From contig NC_017080.1 in assembly GCF_000284115.1 (NCBI RefSeq), forward strand, positions 3,180,001 to 3,212,000: 32,000 nt of DNA, given 5' to 3'. Below, in pieces: positions 8,380 to 14,768 of the stretch (the first letter of the stretch is position 1; each line of letters begins with the position of its first letter). The notes beneath the pieces were generated by a model. The model did not search any database. It had not been told where the DNA came from and saw nothing but the letters and a program-made list of their open reading frames with translations. This DNA is from Phycisphaera mikurensis NBRC 102666 (lineage in GTDB: Bacteria > Planctomycetota > Phycisphaerae > Phycisphaerales > Phycisphaeraceae). A program made the translations under genes and the position numbers.

Positions 8380-9008
8380 GGCGAGGTCTCGCCGGCGTAG
8401 AGCCCGGTCTCCAGCGCCAGCCGCACCACGCCGGCGAGCGAGCCCGCGCCGGTCTTCTCCATGATGTGGGCCCGGTGGATCTTCACGGTGCCCTCCGCGC
8501 ACCCCAGCTCGCTCGCGATCTCCTTGGTCAGCAGCCCGCGGGTGACCTGGAAGAGCACCTGCCGCTCGCGGGGGGTCAGCGTGGCCAGCCGCTCGCGGGC
8601 GAGCCGCTGCGGGGCGAGGCGCTCGCGGACCTCGGCGGCGTCCCTCAGCACGTCCCGGATGACCTCGCCGAGCCGCTCGGGGGTGATGTCGTCCTTGCGG
8701 AGGTACCGGGAGGCTCCCAGGCGGGTGACCTCGGCGGCGATGTACTCGTCGCCGGCGCTGCTGGTGACGATGAGCGGGACGTCGGGCATCCGCTCGTTCA
8801 TCGTCTTGAGCCAGCGCTGCGTCGTCTCCCCGTGCAGCCAGTAGTCGACCAGGCCGAGGTCGATCGCCGCTTCTTCCATCCGCTCGTCCGCCTCCTCGGT
8901 CGACCGGCACACGGTGAAGCGGAAGGCCATGCCCTCCACCCGCCGCATCTCCATCTCCAGCAGCGTGGCGTGGTCGGGATCGTCGTCGACGATCAGCACG
9001 CGGTACAT
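8376..9008 (-). CDS. Response regulator, REC + LuxR/FixJ-type HTH (NarL family)
   Basis: 3' part of ORF 8376..9446. MYRVLIVDDD starts the receiver domain, the acceptor Asp lies in LGLVDYWL, and PLIVTSS follows. C-terminal HTH: LTPRERQVLFQVTRGLLTKEIASELGCAEGTVKIHRAHIMEKTG. GGAGAG lies just upstream of ATG 9008; an alternative ATG is at 9080. No histidine kinase gene is adjacent. Confidence 0.9.
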   Translation of the reverse strand: MYRVLIVDDDPDHATLLEMEMRRVEGMAFRFTVCRSTEEADERMEEAAIDLGLVDYWLHGETTQRWLKTMNERMPDVPLIVTSSAGDEYIAAEVTRLGASRYLRKDDITPERLGEVIRDVLRDAAEVRERLAPQRLARERLATLTPRERQVLFQVTRGLLTKEIASELGCAEGTVKIHRAHIMEKTGAGSLAGVVRLALETGLYAGETSP

Positions 9009-9267
9009 CTCTCCGGCGTTCGGGTGGATCGCCTCGCTCCCACCCTCGGGCTGCGTGGATCCGTCAGGACTGGCTCTCATGGGACACACGTTTCCGGTCT
9101 GAAACTCGGCGGACTGACCCCTCTCGTCTGCTGGGGGAAACCGTAGCACCGCCCCGGCCCCGGGTACGGCGTGCCACCCAAAAACGTTCGATTCGGCCAG
9201 GAACGGCGGGCTGGGGCCCGCGTTTCTGCGCGGAACGGCCGCGCAACCGTGCGCGTACAGTCGCCCC

Positions 9268-10146
9268 GTGAGCCTCGCCGCCCCCGTGCCCACGCCCGCC
9301 GACGCCCTCGGCGGCCGCTCCGCCGCCCCGCCGCGCACCCGCCCGTTCGGCGGCGCCGGCGGGATGGCGGCCGGGTTGGCGCTCGCCACGCGGGAGTGGG
9401 TGCGGTTCTTCCGCCAGCGGCACCGGGTGGTCGCCGCCGTCGCCACGCCGCTGCTGCTCTGGCTCCTGCTGGGGTTGGGCCTGCGTGACGCCTTCGTCCC
9501 GGGGGCGGCGGCGGTGGAGGGCGGCGGGGCCGCGGGCAGCCTGGCGTTCTACTACCCCGGCGCGGTGGTGCTGACCGTCCTGTTCACCTCGATCTTCACC
9601 TGCATCAGCGTGATCGAGGACCGCCAGGAGGGCTTCCTCCAGGGCGTGCTGGCCAGCCGGGCCCCGCGGTGGTCCGTCGCGGCGGGCAAGGTGCTCGGCG
9701 GGGCGGCCATCGCGGTGGCGCAGGGGCTGGCTCTGATCGGCCTGGGTCTTCTGGTCTTCCCCGCGCCGTCGCCTGCGGGCCTCGCCGCGGCCGTGGCGGC
9801 GCTGGTGGTGCTCTCGGTGATGCTCACGGCGCTGGGGCTCTGCTTCGCCTGGCCGATGCGCTCGACCTCCGGGTACCACGGCGTCATGAACCTGGTGCTC
9901 ATGCCGATGTGGCTGCTCTCCGGCGGGCTCTTCCCCGCGTCGACGGCGGCGCCGCCGCTGCAGTGGGCGATGCGGCTGAACCCGCTGGCCCACGGCCACG
10001 AGCTCTTCGCCGCGGGCTTCGCGGGCGTGCGGCCGGCGCTCGCCTCGCCGGCGACGTCGTGGGCGGTGGTCCTCGCCACCACGGCGGGCCTGCTCGTGAT
10101 CGCCACCGCCCGCGTGACGCGGCCGGTGCGGGAGGACGCGACATGA
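9268..10146 (+). CDS. ABC-2 type transporter permease (NosY-like), no adjacent ATPase gene
   Basis: ORF 9268..10146 (GTG start; alternative ATG 9364). About six hydrophobic helices. ABC-2 style N-terminus (LALATREWVRFFRQ), an EDRQEGFL segment, and LNPLAHG near the C-terminus. GC3 bias is already strong from 9268. Confidence 0.75.
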   Translation: MSLAAPVPTPADALGGRSAAPPRTRPFGGAGGMAAGLALATREWVRFFRQRHRVVAAVATPLLLWLLLGLGLRDAFVPGAAAVEGGGAAGSLAFYYPGAVVLTVLFTSIFTCISVIEDRQEGFLQGVLASRAPRWSVAAGKVLGGAAIAVAQGLALIGLGLLVFPAPSPAGLAAAVAALVVLSVMLTALGLCFAWPMRSTSGYHGVMNLVLMPMWLLSGGLFPASTAAPPLQWAMRLNPLAHGHELFAAGFAGVRPALASPATSWAVVLATTAGLLVIATARVTRPVREDAT

Positions 10147-10787
10147 TCGGCCGCCGCCTCCTGCAAGGCACCGGGCTGGCGTGCCTGCTGGCCGCGGGCG
10201 GGCTGCTCGTGATGGGCCGTCCGGGCGCCCGACCCACGCCACCGGCGGGCTTCGGCGAAGCGGCCGAAGGCGAGCTGCCCGACTTCGGCCCCGCCCCGCC
10301 GTTCAAACTGACCGATCAGGCCGGCGAGCCCTTCGACAGCGCCTCGCTCCGGGGCGAGGTCTGGGTTGCGGACTTCGTCTTCACCCGCTGCGTCCTGGTG
10401 TGCCCGGTGCTGTCGCGCGTGATGGCCCGGCTGCAGGAGGCGACGGTCCAAGCCGGCGTCGCCGACGGCACCCGCCTGGTCAGCCTGAGCGTCGACCCCG
10501 AGCACGACACCCCCGCCGTGCTCGCCGCTTACGCCGACCGCCACGGCGCCGACCCCACCCGCTGGCACTTCCTCACCGGCGAGCGGGACGAGGTGTGGTC
10601 GGTCGTCCGCGACGGCTTCAAGCTGCTGGTCTCGCCCACCCCCGAAGACGCCGTGAACCCGATCGCCCACACGCCGCGGCTCGTGCTCGTGGACCGGACC
10701 GGGAGCATCCGCGGCCTCTACGACGGGACGGTGCCGGAGGACGTGGAGGCGCTCGAGCGGGACCTGCTGCGTCTGGCGTCGGGATGA
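10143..10787 (+). CDS. SCO1/SenC family copper chaperone (thioredoxin-like)
   Basis: 3' part of ORF 9669..10787. ATG 10143 overlaps the permease stop (ATGA). N-terminal membrane anchor (LLQGTGLACLLAAGGLLVM). CxxxC copper motif in VADFVFTRCVLVCP. Also SVDPEHDTP, W.FLTG, and the conserved His in PIAHTPRLVLVD. Confidence 0.9.
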   Translation: MIGRRLLQGTGLACLLAAGGLLVMGRPGARPTPPAGFGEAAEGELPDFGPAPPFKLTDQAGEPFDSASLRGEVWVADFVFTRCVLVCPVLSRVMARLQEATVQAGVADGTRLVSLSVDPEHDTPAVLAAYADRHGADPTRWHFLTGERDEVWSVVRDGFKLLVSPTPEDAVNPIAHTPRLVLVDRTGSIRGLYDGTVPEDVEALERDLLRLASG

Positions 10788-10839
10788 CGGACCGCCGGGC
10801 GGGCCCGGACCGCGCCCGCGAGGGCTCGCGGCCGGGGCT

Positions 10840-10865
10840 TGGCGTGGCGTGGCGTGGCGTGGCGG
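10840..10865. repeat. Pentanucleotide microsatellite (TGGCG) x5
   Basis: Direct reading: t-ggcgt-ggcgt-ggcgt-ggcgt-ggcgg. It lies in the 107-bp spacer between the convergent SCO1 and thyA genes, just after a short palindrome (ccgcgag-gg-ctcgcgg, 10816-10831). Confidence 0.85.
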
Positions 10866-10894
10866 ACGGCGAGCCGCGGACGCCACCGGGGCCT

Positions 10895-11734
10895 TCACAC
10901 GGCCACCGCCGCGCGGATCGCCGGCTGCGGCTGGTAGCCCACCAGCTCGACGTCCTCGAATCCGAAGCCACCCGGATCGTCGGGCGTTCCGTGCAGCACC
11001 ACCTTCGGCAGGGGCCCGGGCGTCCGGGCCAGCTGCTCGTCGGCCTGAGCCAGGTGGTTCTCGTAGAGGTGGGCGTCGCCGAAGGTGTGCACGAACTCGC
11101 CGGGGCGGAGCCCGGTGACACGAGCCATCATCAGCGTGAGCAGGGCGTAGCTGGCGGTGTTGAAGGGCACGCCCAGGAACAGGTCGGCCGACCGCTGGTA
11201 GAGCTGGCAGGAGAGGCGCGGCGGCAGCTCCGGAGCGGCCGGCTCGGGGGCCGCGTAGAACTGGAACAGCGCGTGGCAGGGGGCGAGGGCCATCCGCTCC
11301 AGCTCGCCGACGTTCCAGGCGGAGACGACGAGCCGGCGGCTGAAGGGGTCCTCCCGCAGGCCGCGGACCGCGGCCGAGATCTGATCGAACGTGCGACGGT
11401 CCGCGGATCCGTCGCCGCTTCCCCAGCTCCGCCACTGCTTCCCGTAGACCGGCCCGAGCTCGCCGTCCGCGTCGGCCCAGGCATCCCAGATCCGCACGCC
11501 CTCGGCCTGCAGGCTCCGGACGTTGGTCTCCCCGCGGAGGAACCAGAGCAGCTCGTGGACGACCGACTTCCAGTGAATCTTCTTGGTCGTCAGCAGCGGG
11601 AAGCCCGGCCCCTCGTCGGAGAGATCGAAGCGGAGCTGACGGCCGAAGACCGACCGCGTGCCGGTGCCGGTGCGATCGGGCCGGAAGACCCCGTGGTCGC
11701 GGACGTCGCGGAGGAGGGAGAGGTAGGAGAGCAC
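10895..11734 (-). CDS. thyA: Thymidylate synthase (ThyA type)
   Basis: ORF 10895..11734 (279 aa, GTG start). Motifs: [32 protein letters not shown], the catalytic Cys in [32 protein letters not shown]-like, and GDAHLYENH. Confidence 0.95.
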   Translation of the reverse strand: MLSYLSLLRDVRDHGVFRPDRTGTGTRSVFGRQLRFDLSDEGPGFPLLTTKKIHWKSVVHELLWFLRGETNVRSLQAEGVRIWDAWADADGELGPVYGKQWRSWGSGDGSADRRTFDQISAAVRGLREDPFSRRLVVSAWNVGELERMALAPCHALFQFYAAPEPAAPELPPRLSCQLYQRSADLFLGVPFNTASYALLTLMMARVTGLRPGEFVHTFGDAHLYENHLAQADEQLARTPGPLPKVVLHGTPDDPGGFGFEDVELVGYQPQPAIRAAVAV

Positions 11735-11800
11735 GGGGGATCCTAAAGAGCGGTTGTTTGCGCAGAGCGGGTGTGTGGGCGTGCGAGCACGGTTGGGGCG

Positions 11801-11896
11801 GAAGCGGGGAAGCGGGGAAGCGGGGAAGCGAAGAAGCGAAGAAGCGAAGAAGTGAGGAAGCGAAGAAGTGAGGAAGCGGAGAAGTGGAGAAGTGGG
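11801..11896. repeat. 8-bp tandem repeat, 12 copies, consensus AAGYGRRG (purine-rich on + strand)
   Basis: Direct reading: aagcgggg x3, aagcgaag x3, aagtgagg, aagcgaag, aagtgagg, aagcggag, aagtggag, aagtgggg. It lies between the divergent thyA (start 11734) and the USP-DUF389 gene (start 12005). Confidence 0.95.
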
Positions 11897-12004
11897 GGCG
11901 TGGGGTGGTGGCTGCGTCGTTGGGCGTCGGTCTGCGACTCGCTTGGTCGGGCTTGCTGACTCGTTTTGTTTCCTTCTCTTGCCGGTGCCCTAGCTTCCGC
12001 TCTC

Positions 12005-14161
12005 ATGCCGCTCGCCGTCGTCGTTGAAACCCCGTGGCAGGCCGCCGCGCTGGCCCCCTGGGCGTCGCGGTTCGCGGCGGCCCTCGGTGGCGAGCCGGTG
12101 CTGTTCGTGGTGACCTCGGCGGCGAAGGGCAAGAAGAAGGCGGAGGCCCGCAGAGCCGCCGCGAGCGCCGAGAAGAAGAAGCCGGCTTCGAAGGCCGCGA
12201 AGGAGGCGGTGGCCGACGCCGCGGCCGCGGTCAAGGCGAAGGTGGAGGAAGCGGTGGAGGCGGCGGACGCCGGGACCGACTCCGGTGCGGACGCGACGGC
12301 GGCCGGATCCGGAGGTTCTCCGCCCGCGGACCGCGAGCCGGCCAGCCCGCTGGAGGCCGCGGTCCGCGGCGCCATGGAGGCGGCCGGCTTCGGCGTCGGC
12401 GAGGACGCCCCGACCGCGGAGGTGGCGGTCGTGGAGGTCGGGCCCGGCGGGTCCGCGGACGAGCCGCGGGCCGGGCTGGAGGACCTGCTCGACGCGCTGG
12501 AGGCGCACGCGACGGACTTCGTGCTGCTCGCCGCGACGGAATCGGCCCGCGGCGACGACCCGCTCACCACGCGGGTGTTCCGGGCGGCCCGCTGCGCGGT
12601 CGTGGTCCTCCGCCCGCCGCCGGGCCGGACCGCCGAGCGCGAGGAGGGCAATCCCTCCCCCGCCGACGCCGGCGGCCGCGTGCTGGTGCCGACCGCCGGC
12701 GGCCCGCACGCGGCGCTCGCCCTGCGCCTGGCCAAGGGCTTGCAGCGGCACCCCGCCGCCGACGGGTTCGAGGGCTTCAGCGGCGTCGACGCGCTCTACG
12801 TCCAGAAGGATGTCGGCTACGAATCGCGTGGCCTCGCCCAGCGGAAGGTCCGCGCCGCGGTCCGCCGGGCGCTCGGCGGTCCGCTGGGCATCGCCAACGG
12901 CGCCGAGGCCGCCGTCGGCGAGGTCATCCGCGTGGGGCTCGGCTACCCCAAGGCGCTCGCGGAGGTGGTGGGCGAGGGCCGCCACGGGCTGGTGATGGTC
13001 GGCGCCGCCGACCGCGTCCAGGCCAAGCGTGCCCTCTTCGGCGGCTTGCCCGACGCGATCCTCAAGGACGCCGGCGAGGGCGACCGCGGCGTGACGATCG
13101 CGGTCGTCCGCGACGCGGAGTCGGTGACCGACACCGCCGGCCGCGTGGCGCGCAACATGGTCCGCCGCTACGTGCCGCAGCTGGACCGCGAGGACCGCAT
13201 CTCGCTGGTCGAACGCATCGAGGGGCCGAGCCGGTGGAGCTTCGATTTCGTCACGCTGATGGTGCTGTCGACCTCCATCGCCACCTTCGGGGAGATGCAG
13301 GATTCCACGGCCGTGGTGATCGGCGCCATGCTCGTCGCCCCGCTGATGACGCCGCTGGTCGGCTGCGGCCTCGCGGTGGTCCAGGGCAACAACCAGCTGG
13401 TCCGCGGCTCGGTCCGTTCGGTCGCGCTGGGCTTCCTGGTGGCCTTCGGGGTGGCGCTCGCGATGGGCTTGTTCATCCCCTTCCCGGGGCTCACCAGCGA
13501 GGTGCTGGCCCGCGGCCGGCCCACGCTGCTGGACCTGGGCGTGGCCTTCATCTCCGGCGTGGCCGCGGCGTACGCGGTGGCCCGGCCGAACCTCTCCGGA
13601 GCGCTGCCCGGGGTGGCGATCGCCGCCGCGTTGGTCCCGCCGATCGCCGCCGCCGGGCTGGCGTTCTCCGCCGGCGACTGGAGGGTGGGCGGCGGGGCGA
13701 CGCTGCTGTTCTTCGTCAACGTGCTGGCGATCATCCTCGGTGCCGCCATCGCGCTGCTCGCGGTGGGCGTGGAGGGCCGCCACGAGCACAAGAGCGGCGG
13801 CCACTGGCGGCCGCACGCCTTCGGCGTCCTGGTCATGGGCTGCCTGATCCTCGCGGTGCCGCTGACGTGGTCGCTGCTGCAGGCGATGCCGCCGGAGGGC
13901 CTGCCGCCGCGGGTGGAGTCGAACCTGGCGGAGGTGCTCGCGGGCGACGGCAACGCGCAGCTGATCTCCGCCGAGGGCCCGTTCCCCCGCGACGGCGGCG
14001 GGCTGCGGGTGGAGGTCCGCCGCCGCGCCTCCGCCCCGCCGCGGACCGGCCTCGCCGACGAGCTCGCCGCGGAGCTGGCGGAGCACTACGGCGACAGCGT
14101 CACGGTGAACGTGACGACGGAGCTGACGCAGGCGAGCGGGCAGAGCGCGACCGCGGACTGA
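12005..14161 (+). CDS. Membrane protein with two N-terminal universal-stress-protein-like domains and a C-terminal DUF389 (TIGR00341-type) integral membrane domain
   Basis: ORF 11966..14161; I prefer ATG 12005 (MPLAVVVETPW). USP-like segments: RVLVPTAGGPHAALALRLA, and HGLVMVGAADR with GGLPDAILKD and TIAVVR. DUF389 core: VIGAMLVAPLMTPLVGCGLAVVQGN, followed by about six TM helices. The first USP-like domain carries a Lys/Ala-rich insert (KGKKKAEARRAAASAEKKKPASKAAKEA). Confidence 0.8.
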   Translation: MPLAVVVETPWQAAALAPWASRFAAALGGEPVLFVVTSAAKGKKKAEARRAAASAEKKKPASKAAKEAVADAAAAVKAKVEEAVEAADAGTDSGADATAAGSGGSPPADREPASPLEAAVRGAMEAAGFGVGEDAPTAEVAVVEVGPGGSADEPRAGLEDLLDALEAHATDFVLLAATESARGDDPLTTRVFRAARCAVVVLRPPPGRTAEREEGNPSPADAGGRVLVPTAGGPHAALALRLAKGLQRHPAADGFEGFSGVDALYVQKDVGYESRGLAQRKVRAAVRRALGGPLGIANGAEAAVGEVIRVGLGYPKALAEVVGEGRHGLVMVGAADRVQAKRALFGGLPDAILKDAGEGDRGVTIAVVRDAESVTDTAGRVARNMVRRYVPQLDREDRISLVERIEGPSRWSFDFVTLMVLSTSIATFGEMQDSTAVVIGAMLVAPLMTPLVGCGLAVVQGNNQLVRGSVRSVALGFLVAFGVALAMGLFIPFPGLTSEVLARGRPTLLDLGVAFISGVAAAYAVARPNLSGALPGVAIAAALVPPIAAAGLAFSAGDWRVGGGATLLFFVNVLAIILGAAIALLAVGVEGRHEHKSGGHWRPHAFGVLVMGCLILAVPLTWSLLQAMPPEGLPPRVESNLAEVLAGDGNAQLISAEGPFPRDGGGLRVEVRRRASAPPRTGLADELAAELAEHYGDSVTVNVTTELTQASGQSATAD

Positions 14162-14223
14162 AGAGCGGGCCGTGGCACCCCGCGACGCTTGCGGTCGGAT
14201 CGAGGGGATCGGCCTCGTGGTCG

Positions 14224-14710
14224 CGATCCAGCTTCCTCGCGCACAAGGCAGACAGAGCGGCGTCGCCGCTCCGCTCTCGCAGCCATCCTGGCCGCGCTAG
14301 CTGCGTGGCGACGCCACGCTGTCCGAGCCGCGATCCAGCTTCCTCGCGCACAAGGCAGACAGAGCGGCGTCGCCGCTCAGCTCTCGAAGCCATCCTGGCC
14401 GCGCTAGCTGCGTGGCGACGCCACGCTGTCCGAGCCGCGATCCAGCTCCTTCGCGCACAAGCAGACCGAGCGGCGTCGCCGCTCAGCTCTCGCCGCCAGC
14501 CCCTGGCCGTGGTAGCTGCGTGGCGACGCCACGCTGTCCGACTCCGGACCCAGCTCCCTCGCGCACAAGGCAGACAGAGCGGCGTCGCCGCTCAGCTCTC
14601 GCCGCCAGCCCCTGGCCGTGGTAGCTGCGTGGCGACGCCACGCTGTCCGACTCCGGACCCAGCTCCTTCGCGCACAAGCCAGACAGAGCGGCGTCGCCGC
14701 TCCGCTCCCG
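14224..14710. repeat. Tandem array of about 4.5 units of 107-109 bp, each containing two GC-rich palindromes (BIME/REP-like)
   Basis: Units begin at 14224, 14331, 14438, 14545 and 14654. Each carries GAGCGGCG-T-CGCCGCTC (first copy 14255-14271) and GCGTGGCG-A-CGCCACGC (first copy 14303-14319). The array lies between the convergent USP-DUF389 (stop 14161) and cls (stop 14769) genes. Confidence 0.9.
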
Positions 14711-14768
14711 CCGCGCGTCCCGATGGGATCGGCCTCCGTTCCGCCACCCGGTCGCTCCTCCGCCTCCC

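Noticed and set aside
8380-8910. N-terminal extension of the Cld-like ORF (7567..8910) and of the response-regulator ORF (9009..9446)
   Set aside because: The extensions overlap better-supported genes, or intergenic DNA, in other frames and have shadow-ORF composition. Homology begins only at the trimmed starts.
11771-11959. 62-aa ORF with KRRSEE-type repeats
   Set aside because: It is generated by reading through the 8-bp microsatellite. An 8-bp period cannot maintain a frame-consistent protein repeat, and no RBS or coding bias is present.
14224-14710. CRISPR array
   Set aside because: The regular spacing suggested it, but the segments between the palindromes are themselves conserved from unit to unit, so there are no unique spacers. 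The period (~107 bp) is too long, and there are no cas genes in the window. It is a plain tandem repeat.
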